Part shown: piece by piece, positions 39,374 through 49,340 of the stretch
How positions within the stretch are numbered: position 1 is the first letter of the stretch
Layout of the letters: each line of letters begins with the position of its first letter
Assembly (NCBI GenBank): GCA_964403295.1
Contig: CAYOFT010000003.1
Location: 1 to 63,145 of the forward strand
Direction of reading: 5' to 3'
DNA from: an uncultured Thermotogaceae bacterium
GTDB lineage: Bacteria; Thermotogota; Thermotogae; MWEM01
Length of the DNA: 63,145 bases
The notes under the pieces: model-generated
What the model was told of the DNA's origin: nothing
What the model saw: only the letters and a program-made list of their open reading frames with translations
The model's database searches: none
Program-made: the position numbers and the translations under genes

Positions 39374-40660
39374 TCATTTACAAACCATAATATTTAATAT
39401 GTATTCATCGGTGATTTTCATTGCCTTTGAACCGATGTTTGCTAGATTTCTAATGCTATTTTCAATATCATTTTCAATAATACCATCATTTTCATTGGCG
39501 CCATTTCCCTCAATAGCTACTTTTGCAGCAAGATATGCGGCATTTACACCAGATGCTACTTTCAAAGCACAGCCTGGCTTAGCACCATCGCATATCATGC
39601 CTGTCAGATTAGCTATTAAATTTTTCATTGATAAAATTATTTTTTCCTTATCTCCGCCCATTAAATATGTCAACCCCGCTGCTACACCAGTTGACGCGGC
39701 AACAATGCCACAAAGAGCAGAAAGTCTTCCAAGATAGGATTTTATATGTATCGTCAATAAATGGCTCAAGGCGAGAGCTCTGAGTTTTTTTTCTTCACTT
39801 ACGTTCATTTTTTCAGCATACGCGCAGATCGGTATCGTTGCATTAATTCCCTGATTTCCACTCCCGCTGTTACTCATAGCCGGGAGAACACAACCCGCCA
39901 TTCTTGCATCAGCGGCCGCTGCTGTCATAGCAACAACAAAGGATGACAAACAATCACCATAATCATTGATATTTGTTTTTAACATCATTGTTTTCCCGAT
40001 TTGAATCCCATATTCACCTTCCAAACCCTCTTTCGCTATTGCCATATTCAATAGTTCAGCTTTTTTTAAAAATGACAGTTTTTGGATTGGAACTTTTTTT
40101 GAAAAATCAATAATGTTATCAACACTAATTTCAGAATCTATTTTTTCATTACCATTTTTGAGATCACCAAGTTCTTTTTTAAACAGAATCTTGTTATCAC
40201 GTTCAATAAGTGAAATATTTGAATGTTCTTCTTGGATAACAACTTTTGTTTCATGAGTCATTTCTTTGTTATAACAAATACATTCCACAAATAAAGGATT
40301 TGAATGTTTTTTTATTTCAATTTCTATTTCATCTTTTTCAAGTTTTTCTTTTGCCCGTCTAATATGGGCTTCGGTCACATATTTTAAAACTTCCAATCCA
40401 TACTTTGAATCTCCTCCACATGTACCCAATGCAGCTGCAATATGTAAACCAACCATACCAGTACCCGGAATTCCAACTCCCATACCATTTTTAAAAAGAT
40501 TGGGACTTACAAATACATGTACTTTGCCTGCCTCTTCCCCAAGAGTTTCTTTTGCCTTTGCCGCTGCAAGTGCTACAGCTATTGGCTCAGTACATCCCAG
40601 GGCAGGAACTACTTCTTTTACTAAAATATTTAACAAGTCTTCCATGGATGGCTTTTTCAT
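39374..40660 (-). CDS. L-cysteine desulfidase / serine dehydratase alpha-like (YhaM/CyuA family)
   Basis: VVPALGCTEPIA, MSNSGSGNQG, LSALCG, GMICDGAKPGCALK. Confidence 0.9.
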   Translation of the reverse strand: MKKPSMEDLLNILVKEVVPALGCTEPIAVALAAAKAKETLGEEAGKVHVFVSPNLFKNGMGVGIPGTGMVGLHIAAALGTCGGDSKYGLEVLKYVTEAHIRRAKEKLEKDEIEIEIKKHSNPLFVECICYNKEMTHETKVVIQEEHSNISLIERDNKILFKKELGDLKNGNEKIDSEISVDNIIDFSKKVPIQKLSFLKKAELLNMAIAKEGLEGEYGIQIGKTMMLKTNINDYGDCLSSFVVAMTAAAADARMAGCVLPAMSNSGSGNQGINATIPICAYAEKMNVSEEKKLRALALSHLLTIHIKSYLGRLSALCGIVAASTGVAAGLTYLMGGDKEKIILSMKNLIANLTGMICDGAKPGCALKVASGVNAAYLAAKVAIEGNGANENDGIIENDIENSIRNLANIGSKAMKITDEYILNIMVCK

Positions 40661-40809
40661 TTTTTACTTCCTTTCGGTTTAAACATAGTAAAAAGATATT
40701 ACATCAAATAAAAACTACATAAACTTCAGTTCTTTCGTTTTTTTAATTCAAATCTATAAGTTGACTACCTTCCAAGGAATTATTTTGTATGATTTCTTAT
40801 ACCTATTAC

Positions 40810-40840
40810 AAAAGCGGACGTGGGGGGAATGTCCGCTTTT
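40810..40840 (-). terminator. Intrinsic terminator after serS with C-rich loop
   Basis: AAAAGCGGAC / GTCCGCTTTT 10-bp arms; minus-strand loop ATTCCCCCCAC. Confidence 0.75.
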
Positions 40841-40935
40841 AAATGTGAGGGGTTTTTAATTTTCTTTTTTTTGAGGGGTTTACTTCTATTTAAGTTACAC
40901 TAATTTAGACTCTCTAAAAAAGAAAAAGGTTCAAA

Positions 40936-42216
40936 TCAACCAAAAAGCCTTTCAGCCCCTCCCATATAGCCCCTTAACGCTTCAGGCACAGTAACCGTAC
41001 CATCTTCGTTCTGATAATTTTCTAAAATAGCCACAAGCGTTCTGCCCACTGCAAGCCCGGAACCATTTAAAGTATGAACATAATCAAGCTTATTCTCTTT
41101 GTTGCGATAACGGATATTTGCACGTCTTGCTTGAAAATCGGTATCATTGGAACATGAAGATATTTCCTTATAGCTATTATATGAAGGCAACCAAACCTCT
41201 AAATCATAAGTATATGCTGATCCAAATCCCATATCACCAGTGCATAAAAGTATTTTTCTATACGGCAGCTCTAGAGTCCGTAAAATACTTTCGGCATCAT
41301 TGGTCAATTCCTCAAGTTCATCATAGGAATTTTCAGGTCTTGTATATTTTACCAGCTCAACTTTTTCGAATTGATGAACTCTAATCATACCCCGAACATC
41401 CTTACCATAGCTTCCCGCTTCTCTTCTAAAACAAGCTGAATAAGCACAATATTTTAGAGGAAGTGAACGATCCTCCAATATTTCATCTTTATGCATTCCT
41501 GCCAGAAATACCTCCGCAGTTGGGATCAAAAACATGTCATCAGGAGTCGTCTTGTAAGCTTCTTCTTCAAATTTAGGTAACTGTCCGGTTGCATACATGG
41601 TTTCTCTTTTTACCAGATAAGGTATGTTTGTCTCTGTATAACCATTATTTTGAGTATGATGATCAAGCATAAAATTGATCAATGCCCTTTCCAGTCTGGC
41701 CATTCCTTTAGAAAGAACAACAAACCTGGCTCCACTCATCTTCGATGCTCTTTCAAAATCCATCATTCCAAGTTCAGGACCGATTTCCCAATGAGGTTTT
41801 GGCTCAAAATCAAATACTTTCGGGTGGCCCCATTTCATTATTTCTTTGTTATCTTTTTCATCCTTGCCGACTGGTGTTTGCTCTGATGGGATATTTGGCA
41901 ATTGAGAAACCATTTCTTCCTGTTTTCCTTCAATCTCTCTTAAATGATCATCATACTCTTTTATCTTATTACCTATATCTTTACTTTCTTCAATATTTTT
42001 TGTGGCTTCTTCTTTTTTACCTGAAGATTTTAATTTTGCGACAGCCTTTGATAACTGATTTCTAAGAGCTTTGAGTTCATCAGCTTTTTGGATTATTTCT
42101 CTTCTTTTCTCATCTAATGCAATGATTTCATCAATTTGTTTGGGATCTTCATTCCTTGATTCCATCGCCTTTTTAATTTTTTCGGTGTTTTGTCTGAGTT
42201 CTTTCACATCCAACAT
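40936..42216 (-). CDS. serS: Seryl-tRNA synthetase
   Basis: [37 protein letters not shown]. Confidence 0.97.
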   Translation of the reverse strand: MLDVKELRQNTEKIKKAMESRNEDPKQIDEIIALDEKRREIIQKADELKALRNQLSKAVAKLKSSGKKEEATKNIEESKDIGNKIKEYDDHLREIEGKQEEMVSQLPNIPSEQTPVGKDEKDNKEIMKWGHPKVFDFEPKPHWEIGPELGMMDFERASKMSGARFVVLSKGMARLERALINFMLDHHTQNNGYTETNIPYLVKRETMYATGQLPKFEEEAYKTTPDDMFLIPTAEVFLAGMHKDEILEDRSLPLKYCAYSACFRREAGSYGKDVRGMIRVHQFEKVELVKYTRPENSYDELEELTNDAESILRTLELPYRKILLCTGDMGFGSAYTYDLEVWLPSYNSYKEISSCSNDTDFQARRANIRYRNKENKLDYVHTLNGSGLAVGRTLVAILENYQNEDGTVTVPEALRGYMGGAERLFG

Positions 42217-42237
42217 TGAATATTCACCTCTGTCATT

Positions 42238-43434
42238 TTATTTCCATTCCCCATATGTAATAAGTTTGGTCTTTTTATTCTTCAATTCATGCCATTTGTA
42301 TTTTACTCCAGTTTCTTTACAATGCTTTTCAAAATAAGGATAGAATCTTTCTATTAATAAAGGAAGGTCAATTTTCTCTGTTTCAGAGAAAAGAATTAGT
42401 AAAACCTTGTTGGTATAGGTTAAACGATCGCCCTTCCTAACTTTGTTTAAGATTTCGTCAGAAAATTTTTTCAGGTCAATTTTCTCTTCCTGATTATTAG
42501 TAAAATAAACTGATAATAATAAAGATTTGGGATTTCGAGCATTCAGTTCATAAGAAATAATCTTTTGGAATTCTCCAATTTCCAGAAAATTTTCATGTTG
42601 TTTAAACTCAGAGGGTACTTTAACAATTTGATTTTTTTTAATGATATCTGACATCATTTCTTGTATCTTGGCAGGTACTGCAATTGAAAACTCATTTTCC
42701 AACCTGTTTTTAAAATCCTGGTAAATTTTCAGCGATTCCAGCGTCTTATTCTTTTTATTTAAATAAATCAATTTGCTCATTACCAACTTTTCATTCAATG
42801 GAGCTATGGCAAAACCTTTTTCATAAAGTTCTTCAATTATTTCATCAGATTGAAAATCGTCCATGCTAATTAATTCTAGAATAATTCGAACAACTTTCTC
42901 TCGATACTCTTTTCGTTTTCTTTTTGCCCAACTATAATTGCAAAAAGGCAAATAATCTCCAGTATAAATTTCTAATGCATCTAAAAGATCTCTTTTTTTA
43001 ATTTCTTTATTGGATTGTCTTTCAGCATTACTGATATTTTCTTCAAATATTTCAAAATCAAATCCAACATCAGAGGGTTTGTTCAACCAACAAACATGTG
43101 AATTTGAGCGAATAAAAAATTTACCAAAAGAATCTTTTTCAAATATCTTATCTAAACCTTTTCTCAAATAATATAAATTAGATGATAAATTCTGCTTCGC
43201 CTTCTCTTCGTTCATGTCAGGCCAAAAAATATCACATATCTCCTTTTTTTGTACCTTTCTTCCATAATTTGTCAGAAGATACTTAAAGATATCTAGAGAC
43301 TTTTTTGCCCCAGGAAAATCCTTTTCGTTTTTCTCACCATCTTTTATAAAAACAAATTGAGAAAAAGTTCTTATATATTCTTTGTAGGATTGATTAGTAA
43401 GCATTTTTTCCTCCGGAATTTCGTTTATATTCAC
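42238..43434 (-). CDS. SARP-type regulator: winged-HTH + BTAD + C-terminal degenerate GGDEF-like domain
   Basis: IFKYLL...EICDIFWPD...NLSSNLYYLRK; ALEIYTGDYL...W; C-terminal KVRKGDRL. Confidence 0.8.
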   Translation of the reverse strand: MNINEIPEEKMLTNQSYKEYIRTFSQFVFIKDGEKNEKDFPGAKKSLDIFKYLLTNYGRKVQKKEICDIFWPDMNEEKAKQNLSSNLYYLRKGLDKIFEKDSFGKFFIRSNSHVCWLNKPSDVGFDFEIFEENISNAERQSNKEIKKRDLLDALEIYTGDYLPFCNYSWAKRKRKEYREKVVRIILELISMDDFQSDEIIEELYEKGFAIAPLNEKLVMSKLIYLNKKNKTLESLKIYQDFKNRLENEFSIAVPAKIQEMMSDIIKKNQIVKVPSEFKQHENFLEIGEFQKIISYELNARNPKSLLLSVYFTNNQEEKIDLKKFSDEILNKVRKGDRLTYTNKVLLILFSETEKIDLPLLIERFYPYFEKHCKETGVKYKWHELKNKKTKLITYGEWK

Positions 43435-44165
43435 TTGATGTGCTTAATTAGATATGTTTTGAGATTTTCCAACTCGATTTCAAGTTTTGCTAATAATTCT
43501 TCAACTAGTGTTTTGTTATTTTTTTTCGCATATATCTCAAGCTTCTCTAAAACTTCTACCACTTTTTCAGCGTCAAAATTCGACACACTTCCCTTTAATT
43601 TGTGGACAAGATTTGCTAAAACTTTATAATCACCTTGGTTTGATCTTTCTTTAATTAAGTGTACTTGGTGAGGATAATAATTCAAAAAATCGGAAACAAT
43701 CTCTTGAACATCTGATGAGTTTTCTAAAAGCTTGTTCAACTTCTCTATATTAGCAATTTTTAAATCCTTATCATGATTCTTTCTGAATTTATTGATTTTA
43801 TTGAGCAAAACCTTTTCTTCAATGGGTTTTGTTAGATAATCATCCATGCCTGCATTTAAGCATTTCTCTTTATCACCTATCATGGCATGCGCTGTCACTG
43901 CAATGATAGCAACTTGAGGCAGATTATTACTCTTCTCATACTCACGGATCTTTCGGGTACACTCCAACCCATCCATTAAAGGCATTTGAATATCCATAAG
44001 GACTATATCATATTGACCTTCTTTAAATGCATCAAAAGCCTTTTTGCCATTTTCAACGACATTAACTTTATGCCCAAGTTTTTCAATGAGTATTCTTATC
44101 AATCTACGACTTATTAAATCATCCTCTGCAAGCAATAAGGATAACTGCCTGTCCATGATAACCAC
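43431..44165 (-). CDS. Response regulator receiver fused to Hpt domain
   Basis: LLAEDD, VLMDIQMP, VTAHA, LTKP; Hpt HKLKGSVSN; ATG 44156 is an alternative start. Confidence 0.9.
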   Translation of the reverse strand: MVIMDRQLSLLLAEDDLISRRLIRILIEKLGHKVNVVENGKKAFDAFKEGQYDIVLMDIQMPLMDGLECTRKIREYEKSNNLPQVAIIAVTAHAMIGDKEKCLNAGMDDYLTKPIEEKVLLNKINKFRKNHDKDLKIANIEKLNKLLENSSDVQEIVSDFLNYYPHQVHLIKERSNQGDYKVLANLVHKLKGSVSNFDAEKVVEVLEKLEIYAKKNNKTLVEELLAKLEIELENLKTYLIKHIK

Positions 44166-44269
44166 ATCCCTTCATGAATCACAATGGCTTCTCACAAGTA
44201 TTGTCCAAAACTAGAATCTAAAACTTGTTTAGTTATACTATTTTACCACATTGTTTTGATTGCTTTTTG

Positions 44270-45541
44270 TTATTCAGAAAAATATTCTCTATAATCTTTT
44301 TTAAACTTTAACAATTCAATATAATCGTTAACTGTAAATTTTATCGTTTTATCAACTGTATCTTCAAAATCTTCGATTATAAACTCATTATACGTTCTAC
44401 AGACCTTTGGTATAAGATATGAAATGTAAAGGGGTTCTTTGTAGGGATTTGAAAAATAATTTCCTGAACTTAATGGTTTTTCTCCAACGAAACTTCCGGT
44501 ATTTGTCATTTGGCAATAGGAGATTAAGGCCTTTATATAGGGATATACAGAATATTTTGATATAACAAAATACAATTCTCCCTGAAAAACATTATCCTGA
44601 GGAATAATAGCAAATGCATCCGTTTGACGTGTATATCTGGTCGTTTGTCGGGATATTAAAAATCCTTCATGTTGAGTAAGATAAGACAAGAAAATCTGAA
44701 GATTGTAATAATTTTCACCTTGTCCCTTTGCATCCGTAAGATCAATCAATAGTTTTGAGGGATTTTGAGTGATTATTTCATTCATAACTTTTCTGATTTC
44801 AAAGGTGTTCTGTTCTGAATACGAAAGATCTAAGATTTTTAAAATGGTAAATGCTTCATATTGTTTCAGTTCGTACCAATTTGACTCTATTCGGTTTTTC
44901 CATGTTGAAAATTCATTCCATGGAACATGCTTTATTTGTTCTTCATAAGTATTACCCTCAAATAAATATTGAAGAAGGTATTGTTTAGCTTTAAAAAACT
45001 CCGGATAAAAATTTAACAAATATCTTTCAGCTACCCAAAATCTTTTTTCCTCTTTAGTTTTGGCATAGACAAATTGCTCATAATAATCCATGATTTCATT
45101 TGCTGTCATCCCGTTAAGTGATTTAATGACAGAGCCTGATGGAATAATATTCCCGATAGAATCGGTGATGATAATTTCTCCTTCTCTATATTTGAATAAA
45201 AAAGGAAAAACAGAAGCTGAATGCAGTGCCCCTTCCCAAAAATCTAGGTATGTAGAGGTATCTTCAAAGTGAACAAACGCTGGGGCTAGTTTCTCATAGT
45301 ATCTAAAATGACTGGCGAATATACCAATTTTATCTGTCACCTTTTTTACATCTTGAGTAAACTGATCAATTTGATTTTGTGTAACTAATGGATGCTGACT
45401 TGGCAATTCAGCTTGAATGATTTCAATTTCTTTTTTTAAATTTGGCCTAAAAAGAAAGTTCATCCATGACATGGAAAGGAAATACAATAAGATTGCCAAT
45501 AAAACAAAAAAAACCCCATAAGCGATTAATGTTTTTTTCAT
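44270..45541 (-). CDS. S41 (tail-specific protease)-like protein, catalytic motifs degenerate
   Basis: N-terminal TM; QHP, FEDTSTY, PDZ-like GSVIKSLNG, LLIDLTDAKG, FVGEKP. Confidence 0.6.
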   Translation of the reverse strand: MKKTLIAYGVFFVLLAILLYFLSMSWMNFLFRPNLKKEIEIIQAELPSQHPLVTQNQIDQFTQDVKKVTDKIGIFASHFRYYEKLAPAFVHFEDTSTYLDFWEGALHSASVFPFLFKYREGEIIITDSIGNIIPSGSVIKSLNGMTANEIMDYYEQFVYAKTKEEKRFWVAERYLLNFYPEFFKAKQYLLQYLFEGNTYEEQIKHVPWNEFSTWKNRIESNWYELKQYEAFTILKILDLSYSEQNTFEIRKVMNEIITQNPSKLLIDLTDAKGQGENYYNLQIFLSYLTQHEGFLISRQTTRYTRQTDAFAIIPQDNVFQGELYFVISKYSVYPYIKALISYCQMTNTGSFVGEKPLSSGNYFSNPYKEPLYISYLIPKVCRTYNEFIIEDFEDTVDKTIKFTVNDYIELLKFKKDYREYFSE

Positions 45542-46662
45542 TTAGAGCCTCCTTTTAAACTTACAAAATACCAAATAAATAATGGAACGGAAAGCAAAAA
45601 CATCACCATAGAGAAAGCGTTATAAGTCTTGATTAACCCAAAGAATTCCACTAAAATCCCTCCACCCAAATAGCCCACAAGAAAACCCCCACCTTGGATA
45701 ATCATCCAAAAAGCAGCTTGCGCTTTATTTGTTTGTTTTTTTGGTATTTTAAAGTGAATATAATTAAAAATAGAATAATAAATAACGATATAATTCCAAC
45801 CATGCAGTACATGCGTTAGTATTAACTGAGTAGGTGTCTGTGCAAGGGGCGTGATAAAAATTCGAACGCCAATAGCCAAAATACCTGTCGCTACAAGGAA
45901 CAAAGAACCGGTCTTTTTGATGATAGTCTTTGCAAATAGAAGAAAAGGCACCTCACAAATAGACAATACTGCAAAGCTAATGCCTACAGTACTTTCAGGA
46001 AAGCCTTTTTGAGAGACTAAAACAGGTAAAAAGGAACCGCAAAATGAAACACCCATAACACCAACCGTAGCTGTCAATAACATAAATAAAAAAGTTATAG
46101 AACTACCTGTACTATCGGTTGAATATTTTCTTTCACTCACAATCTCATAAGTTTTTAATTTTTTTGAAAACGTATAGGCTAAAACAAGCGAAACAGTTGA
46201 AATAATAAACATGAAGACAAAGGTTATTTCAAAAAGAAATCCGGAAACAAGTGAAATTGTTGAAAATCCGATTGTGCCCATTAGCCTGGCTTTATCCAAA
46301 TGCAAACCTTTTGCCATCAGCGATTCCATAACACCAGCTTCCCCAATGGGAACAACTGAAGTGGCAAAAAAACCAAATAAAATCAAGGTAAACATTTTTG
46401 GCAAAAAACCCGGCATCAGAAAAACCCCCCATACCAATACCGCTGGTATTAATGTGAGGAATTTTAGCGTTTTTTTCTCGCCAATCTTTTTCTTTAAACT
46501 AAACCAAAAGGGATTCGCAATTAAAGCCATCCCAGGTATAACAGCCATTAAAGCACCGATTTGACTTGGAGAAAAATCTAAATTTTCAAAATATTGTGCC
46601 ATAATGTTGATCATGGCAAGGTTTGAATAGACAAACCATTCAACCATTGACTCGAACAACAC
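45538..46662 (-). CDS. MFS transporter (MFS_1-like / LacY-related)
   Basis: About 12 TMs; SQIG, KARLMGTIGF, CEVPF. Confidence 0.88.
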   Translation of the reverse strand: MLFESMVEWFVYSNLAMINIMAQYFENLDFSPSQIGALMAVIPGMALIANPFWFSLKKKIGEKKTLKFLTLIPAVLVWGVFLMPGFLPKMFTLILFGFFATSVVPIGEAGVMESLMAKGLHLDKARLMGTIGFSTISLVSGFLFEITFVFMFIISTVSLVLAYTFSKKLKTYEIVSERKYSTDSTGSSITFLFMLLTATVGVMGVSFCGSFLPVLVSQKGFPESTVGISFAVLSICEVPFLLFAKTIIKKTGSLFLVATGILAIGVRIFITPLAQTPTQLILTHVLHGWNYIVIYYSIFNYIHFKIPKKQTNKAQAAFWMIIQGGGFLVGYLGGGILVEFFGLIKTYNAFSMVMFLLSVPLFIWYFVSLKGGSK

Positions 46663-46663
46663 T

Positions 46664-47272
46664 TTATTTTGCCTTCTTCAGTTCTTTTTCATAAAATTTT
46701 GTAAGATGCTTTGGGTTTGGAACATGTACAGCAATGAAACCCAACTCAAGTGCAGACTTTACATTATCTTCTGAATCATCAAAAAAAACTGTTTCGATTG
46801 GATTAAGGCCATACTTTCTAAGAAGATATCGATAGATTTCTTTATCAGGTTTGATCATTTTTACACGAGAAGAGATGACCAACCCTTCAAAGATTTGAAA
46901 AAAATCAAATTTCTTATATGCCTTTGTAAAAGAATCATCATGAAAATTTGATAAAACAAATAACCGATAATCATCTTTAGCAAGCTTGTAAAGTATATCC
47001 ACGTTCTCTTCAATAACCGGAAGATAATCAATAAATCCGTTAAGTGCAAATTCTATTTCTTTTTTCATCTCTGGAATATTTTTAGAAAAAACTTCTACAG
47101 CCCTTTCTATTGGCAGTATTCCTTTATCCAAATCAGCCCAATACTTTGAATCCATCATGTTTGCTTTTAATATTTTAGCCCTTTTGGGATCAAACATATC
47201 GATTAACAAATTTAACGGATTCCAATCCAGAAGAACACCACCAACGTCAAAAACAACATTTTTAATCTTCAT
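46664..47272 (-). CDS. HAD family phosphatase
   Basis: FDVGGVL, LSN, IKPD, FFDD. Confidence 0.92.
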   Translation of the reverse strand: MKIKNVVFDVGGVLLDWNPLNLLIDMFDPKRAKILKANMMDSKYWADLDKGILPIERAVEVFSKNIPEMKKEIEFALNGFIDYLPVIEENVDILYKLAKDDYRLFVLSNFHDDSFTKAYKKFDFFQIFEGLVISSRVKMIKPDKEIYRYLLRKYGLNPIETVFFDDSEDNVKSALELGFIAVHVPNPKHLTKFYEKELKKAK

Positions 47273-47297
47273 ATAACCCCCTCACATAAAACACTTT

Positions 47298-47326
47298 ATG
47301 CTATCACAAAGTGTCTTAAAATGCAA
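47298..47326 (-). promoter_or_regulatory. sigma-70 promoter of the HAD-MFS-S41 operon
   Basis: Minus strand TTGCAT-N17-TAGCAT with TG extension. Confidence 0.65.
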
Positions 47327-47350
47327 TTTTTTCTGTTGTAATTTTAATCA

Positions 47351-47381
47351 AAAAAAAGGGCGTTTTTCACGCCCTTTTTTT
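47351..47381. terminator. Intrinsic terminator
   Basis: AAAAAAAGGGCGT / ACGCCCTTTTTTT 13-bp inverted repeat. Confidence 0.9.
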
Positions 47382-47520
47382 ACTGTGTTATCTTTACTCC
47401 CACTATCTTATCTTTTCCCAATTTCTTTTTGATTTTAATCTTTGCCTCTTTCTGATTAACTGCATCAACATTAATAGATCTTATGGTATCACCTTTCAAA
47501 TAATCCACTGTAAACCTCAT
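47380..47520 (-). CDS. Small basic hypothetical protein, 46 aa (not in the ORF track)
   Basis: Translated by hand: MRFTVDYLKGDTIRSINVDAVNQKEAKIKIKKKLGKDKIVGVKITQ; AGGGGG RBS 8 nt before ATG; terminator at stop. Confidence 0.75.
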   Translation of the reverse strand: MRFTVDYLKGDTIRSINVDAVNQKEAKIKIKKKLGKDKIVGVKITQ

Positions 47521-47620
47521 AATACCGACCCCCTATATGATGATATGGATAATAATTGAACCTCTTAATTAAAGACGCAAAGAATCAACAACTTACTTCA
47601 AAATACACATTCAGATTGGA

Positions 47621-48049
47621 TTAAATTATCTCGACAAGCTCCAAATCAAAAACCAATGTTCGCCCAACCAAAGGATGATTCCCATCAAGAATTACCTCAT
47701 CACCAAGGATATCAACTACGGTGAAAACAGCTACTTTGTCTCCTTCTCCCTGCATATTCAATCTCAAGCCGGGTTTTAAATCCAAATCATTTGGAAATTG
47801 AGATTTATCAAATACAAATCTTAGTTTTTCGTCATATTCCCCATATCCTTCGGAGGGTGGTATTTTGATAGTCGTTTTTTCACCCTCTTCAAGTCCAATC
47901 ACAGCATTTTCAAACCCTGGAATAACCTGTTTGCCACCAATTGTAAATTCCAAAGGTTCTCTTTCAAGGGACGAATCAAACTGCGTACCATCTTCCAATG
48001 TTCCTGTGTAATGTACTTTTACCGTGTCTCCACTTTTCGCTTTAGACAT
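47621..48049 (-). CDS. slyD: FKBP-type peptidyl-prolyl isomerase (SlyD-like, no His tail)
   Basis: VKVHYTGTLEDGTQFDSS, IPGFE, YGEYD, DGNHPL. Confidence 0.9.
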   Translation of the reverse strand: MSKAKSGDTVKVHYTGTLEDGTQFDSSLEREPLEFTIGGKQVIPGFENAVIGLEEGEKTTIKIPPSEGYGEYDEKLRFVFDKSQFPNDLDLKPGLRLNMQGEGDKVAVFTVVDILGDEVILDGNHPLVGRTLVFDLELVEII

Positions 48050-48144
48050 ATACTACTCCTTTCAATTTCCTTAAAAATTAAGACAATAAACTATTATTCG
48101 TTTCGAATTTTTTGTTTATCTGATTATCAACTATTAATTTATGC

Positions 48145-49227
48145 TTAATTAGCTGATTTTATTATACCATAAACTTCATCTGAAGATTTTCCGATTGCTG
48201 TCGGCACTTGTATTTCACCACTTAAAATACCCTGGCGAATTCTGTTTAACTCTGTTTTTATCTCAGGATTTTCTTCCAGAAATAGCTTAAAATAATCGTT
48301 GTATGCTAAACCAATAACATCCTCTTTTATGCCCATGGAAGAATTGCTTCCAAATTCCAGTTCACCTGTCTCGTAAAGCTCTATTGCATTCACAAGTGAT
48401 TGCCCAACATCTTTTAGCATACTTGTCAAAATATGATCATTGTACTCTGGATGGGATGATTCAAATATAAGATGGGCATCTGAATCTACCCCTATTGCCC
48501 ATGCATTGTTTTCCAAAGCTGCCGGGTAAATCCCGTTACCTGTATTTGCAGCAACGTTAAAAATGACATCCGCTCCATTTTGATACATTACATTTGCCAA
48601 TTCCCTTCCTTTAGCAGGATCATTCCAAATACCAGCGTAGGAAACAAGTACTTTTATGTTTTGATTGACGTATTGAGCGCCTTTGATATACCCAACGATA
48701 AAATCATTAACAACAGGTGAATCAACTCCACCTAAAACACCAATTATTTGTGAATCATTGGAATATTCCAAATGATTTGAGTCAGAAACCATAGCTGCCA
48801 GCGCCCCAGCCAAAAACGAGCCCTCATTTTGTTTATAAGAGATCGCGAAGGTGTTATTTAAATCGTTCTTTGAAAAATCAACTTTCGCATCATAGATTAT
48901 ATATTTTTTTTCGGGATAAAAACGCGCTATTCTAGTTAAAGGTTCCACCATTGGCCAAGTCCCCACAACAATAAAATCATAATCTCCAAAAGCAGAGATA
49001 TCGTCAAGCGTTGGTTCCCAAACTGCAGGATTATACTCCATCTCCACTATTTTTGTTACAGCTCCTTTTGTCTCTTCCAATATTCGTAAACCTTGTGCCG
49101 CTGAGTCAAAAAATGATTTATCTCCCAATTCACCGTTAATCAAACAGGCTATTTTCAGCGGTTTGGCAAGCATGACCATTGTCAGGAACAGAAAAAGGAT
49201 AAAAAAAAGAATCAACATTTTTTTCAT
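48145..49227 (-). CDS. BMP family ABC transporter substrate-binding protein
   Basis: GELGDKSFFD, EGSFLAG, GADVIF, AIGVDSD, LTSMLK. Confidence 0.9.
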   Translation of the reverse strand: MKKMLILFFILFLFLTMVMLAKPLKIACLINGELGDKSFFDSAAQGLRILEETKGAVTKIVEMEYNPAVWEPTLDDISAFGDYDFIVVGTWPMVEPLTRIARFYPEKKYIIYDAKVDFSKNDLNNTFAISYKQNEGSFLAGALAAMVSDSNHLEYSNDSQIIGVLGGVDSPVVNDFIVGYIKGAQYVNQNIKVLVSYAGIWNDPAKGRELANVMYQNGADVIFNVAANTGNGIYPAALENNAWAIGVDSDAHLIFESSHPEYNDHILTSMLKDVGQSLVNAIELYETGELEFGSNSSMGIKEDVIGLAYNDYFKLFLEENPEIKTELNRIRQGILSGEIQVPTAIGKSSDEVYGIIKSAN

Positions 49228-49340
49228 ATTAGCACCTCCAATTGTTTTGACGATATTTTACCATGGATAAAATCATTCTCTTTGATTCTGCTCATTAAAT
49301 GTTATAATATTCAAAAGTGCTTTTTTGGGGTTGATATCAT

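Noticed and set aside
42217-42237. T-box leader for serS
   Set aside because: Only 21 nt separate serS from the upstream gene
47296-47312. Rex operator (TTGTGA half-site on minus strand)
   Set aside because: The second half-site does not match TTCACAA
49228-49340. Purine riboswitch upstream of the BMP lipoprotein
   Set aside because: 113-nt divergent gap with promoter-like elements only; no aptamer core
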